From NCBI GenBank assembly GCA_964252035.1, contig OZ176201.1: a DNA stretch of 64,000 nucleotides. The stretch is one strand, 5' to 3'. Within the stretch, counting starts at the first letter, position 1, and every line of letters starts with the position of its first letter. The notes beneath the pieces are model-generated. The model saw nothing but the letters and a program-made list of their open reading frames with translations. It was not told the DNA's origin and searched no databases. The translations under genes and the position numbers were made by a program. This DNA is from Podarcis erhardii. Its lineage: Eukaryota. This document shows, in pieces, positions 11,411 to 24,000 of the stretch.

Positions 11411-11540
11411 CAAGCTTCCTCAACCTCGGCTCTCCAGATGTTTTTGAGACTACAATTCCCATCATCCCTGACCACTGGTCCTGCTGGCTAGGGATCATGG
11501 GAGTTGTAGGCCAAAAAAACATCTGGAGGGCCGAGGTTGA
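11411..11540. mobile_element. Palindromic hAT-type MITE at the edge of the SEC24A promoter
   Basis: Inverted arms TCAACCTCGGC...TCCAGATGTTTTTG...CTACAATTCCCATCATCCC / GGGATCATGGGAGTTGTAG...AAAAAACATCTGGA...GCCGAGGTTGA; right TIR truncated. Confidence 0.8.
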
Positions 11541-11559
11541 CTAGAACAACAAGCAAAAG

Positions 11560-12060
11560 TCCGGGGCAGCGCGCTCGCCGTCCTGCCCCTTTAAGTACCC
11601 CCGCCTCCATCTCTCCCGGGCCGCTGCTCTTCAGCCATAAGCCCCGCCCACGACCCCTCTCGCTCACTCTGTCCCCGGAAGTGCCACGTGTACGAAGTGC
11701 GCTTGCGCGGCTGCGTCCGGTCCCTTCCGGTGTGAGGAGGGTGAGCGCCTCCCCGCCCTCCCACTCTGGGCTTGGCGCTGGGGCCGGGCGCGCAGTCACG
11801 GGAGCCCGCGCACCGACGACCCTCCTGCCGCCGCCGCCGCCGCCACCATGGCCCAGCCGGGGAGACCAGCCGCCTACAGCAGCCAGAACGGAGCTGGGCA
11901 GCCGCCGCAGCAGCAGCCGTACAGCAACGGTGAGTGAGGCCCGGCCGCGTCCGGGTGGGGTCGGGTGGGGGCAGCGCACGGACTGCGCGGAGGACCCCAA
12001 CATGCCGGCGCTGGCGCCTGGAAGGGCCCTTGGGACGGGGCGCAAGGCGAGGGAGCGCCA
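11560..12060 (+). promoter_or_regulatory. SEC24A: SEC24A CpG-island promoter and first exon region
   Basis: CpG-rich; GC box CCCCGCCC near 11642; CCGGAAGT 11675-82; TGCCACGTGT 11682-91; (GCC)n run ending in GCCACCATGG at the start codon 11848. Confidence 0.85.
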
Positions 12061-15000
12061 CCAGCAAAGCTAGGGGGGGGGGTGTGTTTGTCTAGATGTG
12101 TCTAATGAGGAGCGCTGGGTTTTCCTTCTCGTTTGTTAGCCCGCCTTGCTGCTAGAAATAAGGGCTAGACGACTCACACGGCTTTGGGAGCCTGGGAGGG
12201 TTTCTACTGCTTAACCCTGACCCAGACCTTTCCGGCTTCGTTTCCTGACCGGCTCCCTAAGTCACAGTCGCGGCTTCTCTAGTAGCGAGTCACTAATGGG
12301 GAAGTGCTTTGAGCAGTAGCACTCTTCTTCTTATTGTTCAGGCTTGATTTGATATCCGGTTTTGGCTTCATGGCAGACCTTAGTGTTTTCCTGCTAGGAG
12401 GCTTGTGAATGGCGTGGGTTCGGAGCCCTGGTGGCACCCTTAAGAGCGAAACGTTCCTTCTTAATGCAGAACAAAAGGAGAAAGTGTCGAGTGACTGCTC
12501 TGTACAGCCAGCTGCTCATGTAACCTTTTAAAGGTAGTTTCTCTATTTCACAATCACTTGGTCAATGATAAGTTGCTTCTTCGGTATAACCGCCCCAGAG
12601 TTTTTTTGTAAGAATGAAGGGCTTGACTTGAGGAGGGCTGCATGCAGTGTGGTAGTAGCTTTAGTTTGTGTTCTTCATCTGCTACAAAGAATCTAGGTGG
12701 ATCATGACCAAGAACTGCTGGTGTAAGTATTTGGATACAAAGTATAACATCAGATCTCTTTTATCTGACTGATTGCTCAAGTCTGCTTTTACTGCTGAGC
12801 ATAACTATAATCTGAGACTGGGTGGATACATGTCTGAACTATGCCCCTTCACCCACAGGTACATCTACAGATGTTTCTGGGTTAAGCAACACAATTCGTA
12901 ACCTTTAGATCTGGTCCACTGTGCATTTATGCGGTTGGATGGGGCCGATAGAAAGCATTTGCTATATATCTTTAAATTGTACTTGCTGGAAAACATAGGA
13001 GGGGAGAGTGCTCTTGTGCTTGAATCCTGTTTGCTGGTTTCTCATAGGTAATCACTGTGAGAATAGGATGCTAGACTAGATGGGTCATTGGCCTGATCCA
13101 GCAGGCCCTTCTTATGCACCCCAGTTTCAGGATTTCTGTTGTCTGAAAGAGACTTTTCTTACTGATTTCACCAGTCCTTAGTAATTACAGGATTTATGGG
13201 AATGACCACAGAACTTCATTATTTGGAATAATAAAATGCTATGGCTGGTGGCAACATTTGGATTATCTACAGTTTCATAAGCCATGGACAACCATGGAAA
13301 ACCATAGACATACACCATGGAAGTACAGTATGTTCTTCCCTATCCCTCCTCTTCCTGTTGCATGCTACCTATAGCAAAAACATTCTGTCTTCTGTTAAGC
13401 CAGAGTTCCCATTACATACCAACTGGGAAACACTAACTTAATGCCAGTCATCCTGGTTTGCAAGCAAACATCAAACCAAGGAATTATTGCTGAGACGTGT
13501 CGTGTCTTGAGTTTTGTAAACCATGGCATATAAAGCTCTGAACAGTTCTGCCTATATGACCCAATGCTGCCTCTATGTAGCAGCAGAGTGCTGCACATTA
13601 AGTTCACATAAAATCAAGTTGCTCACTCTTGATCATATTTCTAAACAGTATCTGAAATCTGTGTAGCACCTTAAAAAGGAACATTTCTTGTTTTGGAATC
13701 AAGTGAGGAAATAAGGTTACAGATTCAGTGTGGCATTTTGGAATATCTTCACTTAGCTGAAATATCCTTGAGGCCTCAGTCACCATTTTGAACTTGGTTT
13801 GCCTATGTGGCACTATGTTTATGTGGTGATTGGAGGATCTTGATTGCCCCCCCCCCCCGAAGTACGGCTCCTACGCTTAAATAGCTGCACATTTATACTT
13901 GAATATCTGCAGTTGAAATGGCTAGCTTTAAAAGATTGTTGTTTTATAAAATCATTTAATTATTTGTCTCATAAGAGATTCTAAGTAAAGTTTGGATACT
14001 TGAATGTGGCTTGTGTTTTGCCAAAATCATGAATGGCTCATATAGCATAAAGACAGCCCTTCTTCTGAACAACTTGTACTCTAAATAGAACAATCTACAA
14101 GCAGAGAGTAGGTTGCCAAAAAAGTGCTGCTGTTAAAAATGCACAGTTCTGAACAAATGAATTTAATTATGTGTAAGTATAGATGGAATAAAGAAGAAGT
14201 AAGTTTAGAACAAGCTGAAACAGGGAAACCAGTGGCCTGGATCAGACATAATGGGAAACATGAACGAGCTCCTCCTGCCCTTCATTTATTTATTTATATG
14301 CATAATTGGAGGAGATTTGTTTAGCAGAAAACCAAGGTTTCTAGTTATGCCTAGAGAGGCCCTGAGGCCACTGGAATATGTGAGGGAAAGGAGCAAAATA
14401 TCAGGCTAGTGTGATGCTTCCCGATAATGGGAGAGTTCTTTTCTTGTGGAATTAGGAATTGGTTTGGTCACCTCATAAGATGAAAAGACTGTCTGGAAAA
14501 GACCCTGATGTTGGGAAAGATTGAGGGAACAAGGAGAAGGGGACGACAGAGGACGAGATGGTTGGACAGTGTGCTCAAAGCTACTAACATGAGTTTGACC
14601 AAACTGCGGAAGGAAGTGGAAGACAGAAGTGCCTGGCGTGCTCTGATCCATGGGGTCATGAAGAGTCGGACACGACTAAATGACTAAACAGCAACAACAT
14701 CTTAAAGCAGTGTTTCCCAACCTTGTGCCTCCAGCTGTTTTTGAACTACAACGCCCATCATCCCTGACTAGCAAGACCAGTGGCAAGGGATGATGGGAAT
14801 TGTAGTTCAAAAACAGCTGGAGGCACAAGGTTGGGAAACACTGTCTTAAAGGAACGTTTTGGCAGAGTAAATAAATACCCATCCTTTACACCTGTCAGGC
14901 ATACTGCTGGCCCACATCCCTTTAACACCCATACCACCACTGTGCAAGGCCAGCAGCATAGCCCCAGTCATTGTGTGAGCTGATGTTGTGGTTTGCTGTC

Positions 15001-18000
15001 TGGAAGGCCATGTTTAATTGTCTGAATAGGACCCCAAAATCTAAAGACTGTGTGTAAGGATGAATGTAGTTGTAGAACTTCCCAGGTCTTTCAGTTTGTG
15101 AGCTTCTGAGCAGACCTGAGATTCCAGCAAAACGTGCCTGTTCCGGCCTTACATGACACACGTATTTATTCCTCCACATCCTTTATACTCTAGTGATTCA
15201 TTTCATTCCCAGAGAATTCTCATTGGACTTACCCTTGATACTTTGCATCTCTTGATGTTCTCACTTTTGCTGTTCTCATTTATTCTCATGACTCCTGGGA
15301 CAACATATTCTAGCAGTGGGAAACTTCCAGCCTGTGGGCCTAATTAAGCCTGCCATGAGTCCCAATTTGGTTTTTGAGGCCTTTATCCACAAAGCACATC
15401 CACTTGCCCCACATCTCATGTAATTAGTGGTATCAGGTGTGAGACAGGTATGGATTTGGCTACAAAGGAACAAATGAGGGCTGAGGTCCTGATCATTCTT
15501 TTGGAAGTGGTGCTCCCTGCCAGTGCCAATTGATAGCTACTGGCAGGGAGTCCCATTCCGACTGGCTATACTAGGGAGTTCTTTGACCAAAATAGTGTAG
15601 TTGAGGGGGACTATATGTGTTTGGAGCAAGCTTTGAATTCAGACCACTTCTTCCAAATAGTGCATTGATCCTTCTGCAGATGCATGCAGAGGGGGAAATG
15701 CAGTTTGGAGGAACGGTTATAGCAAACCTGTTTGAAGGTGTGCTTCCCATCTGTATCCTTATGTTATGACAGGTAGGTGGTCTCTCTCACCTGTCAAAGT
15801 AACCCTGCCCGGGTGGGTGGGGAATTGGGGATCCATCATGATGAATGCCCAGTTCCCCACACCTGCCTTATACTGATACCAATCCTGTATCTTGATTTGA
15901 ATTTTGTAATTTTGCTGTCTAGTATTGTTTCAATTCATTTATTTTATTTATTATACTTTTGTGGTACAGTCAAACCTCAGTTGCTGAACATAATCCATTC
16001 CAGAAGACCGTTCAACTTCCGAAATGTTTCACAACCGAGGCACAGCTTCCGATTGGTTGCAAGAGCTTTTTGCACTCAAGCGGAAGCCGTGTCAGATGTT
16101 CAGTTTCCAAAAAACATTCGAATACTGAAGCATTTACTTACGTGTTTTTGCCATTTGGGAGCCGATACGTTCCAAAGAGGAGGATTCGGGAACCAAAGGT
16201 TGACTGTATATTTGTTTTGTATTGGGAAGTGTTTTTATTTCTCCTTAACCTAAGTATTTAGGTTAACCTAACCTAAATACTTAACCTAAGTATTACAAGG
16301 ATATCTGGATATTCTCCAGAACACATCTGGCTCGATGCAGATCTTCTTAACAAAGAATGCTTACAACACTTGTATATGTTGTAAGAGAAGAGTGGCAAGC
16401 TCTAAAGAATGGAAGAGCAGAATTCAGCTTTGAACTCCAGCTTTGAAGTGTATACAGGTGCAATTCTATTCTGGTATACCCCTGTTCATAGCACCCATAA
16501 GTTTGGTCCTTCCACAGGTAATTTTGTCTTATGGCAACTTCACATACTCTGTGTCATTTGATTACTTTTCAAAATTATGTGGATTGCAGTTCCCTTACAG
16601 TCCTGTCCTGGAACAACTGCAGGATATTAGCTGGGGATGGGAAGGGAAAGTGCATTCCTAAATTTACTGATCTTCATGAAATCTGGCTTGAGGAATCAGA
16701 AATCAATGAGAGCTCACTTGACTGTTCAAAAGTGTGGGATCTTGCTGTTTTCTGAAAAACAGGAAGTACAGATCAGTTTGAGAATTGACTGAATTGATGA
16801 GTTGTCATCTTGAAACTGAAAATCAAATACGAAAGAGTATCTTAGACTACTTATGTTTGGCAGTTACACTATACATAGAATACACACCTTAAAAATTATA
16901 TTGGCTACCAAATTATTTTAATGGCTAGGGCATTTGCATGCATGGGGAATGATTTTCCCAGTAAAAATTATGCTGTGTGGTAGGTATTATTTAATATCTT
17001 TATTCCACAATATAGATTTGATTTGTACTTGTTCAGATTATACACAAATATCTGCCCACTACTGTTGAGCAGAGCTTTTACTGAGGTAAGCATTGGGGAG
17101 GGGGTGGAGAGAGGGCATGATGTTTGTCACCTTATTCTGGCTGTCGGTGACACTTGGAAGTAAAACGATTCCTTACTGCATCCAAAACCCAGCATAGATG
17201 AGAGATTTCCCAAGCCCCTTTCCTTCTCCAGAGAAGGGTGAGAAGAGTTCCTGCCAGAATAACGAACATGCTTTGTAGCAATGACATTGTGGACCTTTGA
17301 TTCCAGTCTTTCCCATGAAAGGAGGTAGACTTGGCCCTGCAGTCACATTAAGATTCAGAGGCCCATGAAACCTCAGCAAAATGTATTTTAGAGACGCTGC
17401 CAGCCTTCTGAATGATGGCTAGTCAAAATGTCTGTTCCCTTGGGTACAGCTCTGTAAAAATTACTCTGTACTGGTCAGATTATCACTTGTTGTATTTAGT
17501 TATTTACTCTGTTACCTATCTAAAACTAGGTCCCTCACACCCATTTTTCGGATCGCACCATCATAGAGACCTAGGGCACAGTGGTGGTAAAATAGAAGAT
17601 GTGGAACTTATTTCTCATAGATCTTAGCATTTTGTTTTTAAAAAACCAAGTTAATTTTTTAGAAACAGATTGTATTTTGCTGAACATTACTGATGACGAA
17701 ACTAAACTTATATTTGTGCACCAGCCATGAAACTGAACAAATAAACATCTGTTTCAAGATAACCTATCTAAAAATTAAAAATTAAAAGATAGTCAGCATT
17801 TCATGCCCAAACTTTTTGAGGGAACTATTTTGGCAGATTGCCCTTTATTAAAGATTATTGTCCAAATTATGCCTCTGGTCTTAAGCTACAATTTGAGAGA
17901 ATGATGGGCTTTCTGATACTGAATTTTTTCAGAAAAGTTTTTAAGAACTATTCTAGGCACCCCAGCTCTCCATGAGTATTTTCTCTGAAGTGAAGTAATA

Positions 18001-21000
18001 CTTGGGGTAGAATTGTACGTGCATTTGAACCTTTTCAAGTATAGAGTTATATTGCCAATAGATCCAAAGCAGACTCCCCAAAATCTGTTGTACAGAATGT
18101 ACTCAGCTCAACCTACCAGTTAGTCATATGATACAAGAGTTTTGCAGTGATGTTTTGTGGATTTTTGTTCATGAGTTTTCTCAATTTTGAGCATCCTTTG
18201 TAATGCTGGGACTTAAATGCAATAATTCTGTCTTAGTGGGATGGATGGGCTACATGAAGATGGCCGCATGTTGTGTTTATGTACTAAAATGTCGCTGGAA
18301 ATTATTTAACTGATATTAACAGTTGTGTTGAGCAACCCAAGTGTTTATCATTCTCACATTCTACAAAATACCACATGCAGTTCTGCATTAGAAATATTGG
18401 AAATCCCCTTCAGTTTGCACCTTTGTGTCACCTTTGACGGCATTATTCGTTACTTGCTTAGTTATTCATCAACTGCAAGTATTGGAAATATATTTGTCCT
18501 CCAGCTGATAAATTTGGTAAAATCTACAAAACAAGTCCTTTTATAATGAAAATAAGCAGACTGCACAGTCACCACATCTTCCTTGGCAAAATTCTTTTTG
18601 AGCCTGATGCTCTTGATCTGTTACTTGGATCAGGGTCGTGGTATTTGCTGTGACTCTTCAATAACAGGAAAGACTCCTGCAGTTATTTGTTCTTTCATCT
18701 TATCTGTTTCTGCCTGTTTTGTGTTTTTGTTTTATGCCTGCATTTGTTTGTGTATGGCCTGTGGCTGAAGCAAATTAACTATACCATGGTCCCCTCTCTT
18801 ACTGCCTCATGGCGGCTTGGAGCCAAACCAGATGTGACACAGCATACATGGGGAACATCTGCTGACAGCTCCTGTTCTGTTTTCAGTTTAATGCAGTTGC
18901 AGCAGGTTCTAAATTTGATCAAAGCAGTAGTTTGGGATGGTCATGCCCCCTTCTTCTTTCACCTTTGTAGGGGCGACATCAGGTCAACTTAATATTTCCT
19001 CTTTGGGGAGAAAAATATCCTGGATGGGAGAGTTGGATTTTTTTTAGGGCTAAGCATCCCCTTCCCACTTCTCTGATCAAACATGGAGCTCTCTGTGGCT
19101 GCATTAAAGTATCAATCAAAACTGTTGTGATACATTCCATATCATGCCCATAGGAAGCCTAAACATTTTGGGAAGGGGCACCAAAAAAGCAATAGGGCAT
19201 TTATCTGGTCTGTAGGACTTTTAAAGACAAAATTGTAAACTGTTTTTATTTAACCTTTAACTGTACTTCAGCTTGTGTACATTCAAAATATTTCACTAAG
19301 CAACTTCGACAATTGCTACTTTTCTTGCAATCAATTAACAAAAAAGGTAAAAAAAACAAGACAAACTACTTGTAGAAAGTCAAGAATGAGCTTCAGCAGT
19401 ATTCTTACAATTTATAACAAAAGTTTTATTGTTTTCGATGCTGCAGAATGTAGTGAATCTAAGACCAATGCTATCGTCATGACGTTACTGCTTAAAAGAG
19501 CAAGCTCTGCTTTACATTATTACAGTACTGGCAATAGCTGTGAACCTTAAAAAAAAGGGGGTAAAGGACCCCTGACAGTTAAGTCCAGTCATGAATGACT
19601 CTGGGGTTGCGGCGCTCATCTCGCTTAACTGGCCGAGGGAGCCGACGGTTGTCCGCAGACAGTTTTTCCGGGTCATGTGGCCAGCATGAGTAAGCCGCTT
19701 CTGGTGAAACCAGAGCAGTGCATGGAAATGCTGTTTACCTTCCTGCCGGAGTGGTATCTATTTATCTACTTGCACTTTGATGTGCTTTTGAACTGCTAGG
19801 TTGGCAGGAGCTGGGACTGAGCAACGGGAGCTCACCCCGTCATGGGGATTTGAACCGCTGACCTTCCAATTGGCAAGCCCAAGGCTCAGTGCTTTAGACC
19901 ACAGCGCCACCTGCGTCCCTTATGAACCTAAAACTAGTGTTAAATTAGGAAAGCAGTTTTCAGCTGTTGACATACTGCTTAGAATAGTCAGTGCAGTCTT
20001 AATGAAAAGACCATGTCCTGGAAATGCTGTTCCATATTTTGTGAGCTCGTATGCAGATTGCACCAACGATGGACATTCTTCAGTAAAGGATTTTACCAAC
20101 TCAAGCTCTGATTTCAAGTAGTTGTGGGTTGTGTTTCAGTATTCCAACGAGTGGATTCAAATTGTCCTCATTCAGTGCTTGAGCAAATGTTTGCAAGCTA
20201 CAGATATAACAGTATTGTATGTCTCCTTGAATGTGTTTTTTGATTTATGAGTGCAGTGGTCAATAACTCACCTAATTGGTGAATTTAGATACTTAAGAAA
20301 AAATTGACCAGCTCTGTCAATCTTCCGTCTTTCCATTTTAATGTATCTTACCCTTGTCACGTGATGTTTAATGGTAGGCAGATTCTGCTCCAGTACCATC
20401 CCAAATAAGAGCATATTTAAGAAGAAAAACAAAGGTTGTCATGTTCATTTTCTAAAATAATTTTAATTATCAGTTCATTAAAAGTTAGGGGGTGCAGAGA
20501 ATTTGGGGGGCAATCTCCCTTATCCCAACTACAGACCTGCTTCACATGTCTCCTGCATGACACCTAGGTTGGTGATTCAGGGAGTTAACATGACTTACCA
20601 GTAATTCCATTCCCTTGTGTAACCATGTGCCAATCAGCTTGCTATAATGCTACAGTGCTAATGGAAAGGGTATCTGCTTGATTTGGGGCTATTTCCTGTC
20701 TCCGCTGGTAGCTCCCCATCTCACACCAAAGGCCTTTACTAAGGGTTCTTTGAACCTTTGGAGAAGATTTTTAAGGTCACAGGGAAATATAGTGAGGAGC
20801 AGTGGGTTGTGAATTGCCTTGGTGTAAGCTTCCCTTCTTTTTGTGCAACCAAGCACTTTTTGTGCAGTAGTGATTGCATACCTTTTTGTTTGTGCAAAAT
20901 CTTAAACATGTTACCGTATTTTTTGCACCATAACACTCACTTTTTTCCTCCTAAAAAGTAAGGGGAAATGTCTTTGTGTGTTATGGAGGGAATGCCTACG

Positions 21001-24000
21001 GGTGGCATGCCTACGGATTTTCCTCCTCTAAAAACTACGTGTGTGTTATGGTCGAGTGCGTGTTATAGAGCGAAAAATACGGTAGTTCTTTTTATGGAAT
21101 TATACCCCATTGTGAACAATGATATGGGGGCTTTATAATTAATGTGAAGCAAATCGGCAAAAATTGCATATAGTTACTGCTTTTCCTGGTGGCTTTCTCT
21201 CTGCCTTTAACTTGTATCTTCAGGAAAATTTAGTTTCTGTTCCTGAAACGTTTGCATTCCTCAATGGCAAGAATATATAGCATTCATTCAATGATTTTCC
21301 TCCTTCCCCAGGTCCTGTACAAAACCCAATGGTGAATTCATCACGCTTACCAGGTGGACAGGGATACAATTCTTTTGTCCCAGGCATGTATTCTCAGCAA
21401 GCGCCTGCAAAGAACCTGGTGAATACATCTTCTGGACCCTATAACTATGGTGCACCTCAGAACGCTTCACCTTTTAGTAATTATCAGGGACCTGGGCAGA
21501 CTCTTAATCGGCCACCTATTGGATCTGCTTCTCTAGCAACAGCACAACAGGGACCTGTTGCCCAGATGCCTCCTCTATCGCAGAACTCAGCTGCTGCATC
21601 AAGCTCTGCAGGTAGCTTTCATTCTGGAGTTAATCTCCCAGCACACTCAAACTGGCAGTACGGACAGGCTCCTTCAATTCAGCCAGCAATGGGCTCTCAG
21701 CCAAACCATTTTGCTCATGCAGGGGCAACTCAGCCATTGTTACCTTCATCAGGGAATACAAATCCATCAGCAAGCTATCATATTTCTTCTGCTGGAGGTC
21801 CTCCAGTTCAAAACAGCTATACAAAGCCAGGTAAGAAAATAAATTCTCCCAATATATTTCTGCAACTGGAGTAGCAAAGAATATTGACTGTCATTCATCT
21901 TGAGCATTCTTGAGTCCAGACTTTTGAAATAATGATGTACTTAAAAGCAATCAATTCTGGAAAAACGAATAAATGTTCTCATGTGTTCTCATGTGGGTGG
22001 AAATCAGTGCTTTTTTTGGGGGGGGGAGGCAGGGATACACATACCTCTAAACATTTTGTGTATCTAAGTTTGGCCTCATGGAGGGGCAGTATTTCAATAT
22101 GAGTAGGAAAATGAGCGTACCCCTAAACATTGTTTAAGATAAAAAGCACTGGGTGAAATTCAACATTGTGCTAATGGTTCCAGTAGTGCAAGCATTTTGC
22201 AACAGACAAGTAGATGCTTCATTGTTGCTGGTATGAGAAAAAGGTGGGTGGGGAGAACATTTTATCCCTGCTACATCATTGTATATGTTGTACCTTGTGG
22301 CATTATAGACAGAATGTTTCATATGGATGGGGGTTACACCATGTGTAGCTCTTACCTACAGAGTGATTTGTTACACTTGTATGAAACAAAATGAACAGGG
22401 CTAAACCTGGTGGTGTGGGTAGCCAAATGCATTTCACAATATTCACGCTACACTAATTAGCACCAATATTCTAAGTGAACTCCCTCAACCTGTCTTAGCA
22501 GTTTTGTATGACATGATTGCATTGTGAGTGATATATTATTACTATATTATTATTATTATTATTATCATCATCATCATCCCTGGCCATTCTGCCCAATGAA
22601 GACTTCTGTGCATATTCCTACACCTGCTCTTTGGATCAATATGCAGATTCTATTGAAAAGGGGAGTAGAATGAGTTTGGCTTTTAATTTTATTAAGTTCA
22701 CCTGAAATATCCCTCATGTAGAAGAAATTTAATGCACTTATTAAACCCTCTTGGTTGGTTCTGTACAAAAATAAAACAAATCAGAAGCAATGTTGACTCT
22801 ATGTTCTGATGATTCTTGCAGGTTCTGTTCCTCTTCCAGGTAATCAGTTAACATATTCGCCAGTTAGACCTCCTTTAGGATCTCCTCCAGTTAGCACTCC
22901 AGCCTCTACATGGCCCATGGCTCCTCCAACAAGCATGGCACCCCAAGCTTTACAGAATTCATCAAATACACAAGGAGGTAAGGAATTTATCCTGTAATAA
23001 GGAAATGTTATTTAATGTTATTGCTAAGGATTAGTAGGGTATCAGTGTTGCTCTATTAAACAGCAAAAACAAGAGTCTTGTTGCACCATAATATATTTAT
23101 ACAGGTATAAGCTCTTAAAGGCAAGTGTATTGATCCAGAGGTGTGTAGGGGATGGGTGGGATTAAAGATGGCATTAAAAATCTAAAAGTACTGTATAGTC
23201 TTAGCAATTCAATTAGAACATAAATTAGCTTTCCTCAACCTCGTGCCCTCCAGATGTTGTTAAACTACAGCTCCTCTAATCCCTTACTATTGGTCATGTT
23301 GGCTGGGATTGATGGGCGTTATAGTTCAACAACCTCTGGAGTGACCATTGACAACAGCAGTCAGGGGACCCTCCCACATGGCATGGGAGGAAGGAATCAG
23401 CAGAAATCAGGGTTGGGTATCTCTACTTTTAATGTTGTCCATAGCCTTGCCCTACCCTCTTTCAGCTCTTGTTATATCTTGAATGTTATAACTTGGATGT
23501 TGTTGCTTATGTATTAAAATATTATTATATGGAAGGAAATCTATGCAAGATTCTGAAATCCTAAATGGTTACTAGGGAGTAAGCCCTATTGAGTTACCAT
23601 GCATAGGATTGCATTGATTTATCGTAAACTTGAGGTGGCAGTCTTTATCCATTCATAACTTCCAATTCACTCTTATTTTTCTAAAATAAGAAATATTCAT
23701 CTGGTTCAAGTCTAATCAAAGGAATCTGGAGGGAAGAACAGGCCACCTTTGTTTTCAAAATAGGCCAGAATAATGAAATCCTGGCTGCAAGTATCTTTGA
23801 ATACTCTTAAGCAGCTTTGCTTTTCAAATAGTTATCCCTTAGGATCTGACTTAAACTCAGGGTGTTATTTTATGTGCCAAAAAGCTTATGCCTTACTGGA
23901 TTTATAGGACTACTGTTAACCTTACTTCTGCAGTACTGTACGACAGAGGCCATGGGGTAGCCACCAATTTTATCAGGCTGTGTATTTCTATATTTACATG

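Noticed and set aside
11488-12073. 158-185 aa ORFs over the SEC24A promoter
   Set aside because: CpG-island artefacts; the true exon 1 reads in a different frame and splices at 11929.
19801-19919. Similar peptides (AGAGTEQRELTPSWGFEP) recurring at 19801, 29418, 35890 and 61748, plus tRNA-like box A/B
   Set aside because: These are antisense translations and tRNA-derived heads of Sauria SINE copies, not genes or tRNAs.
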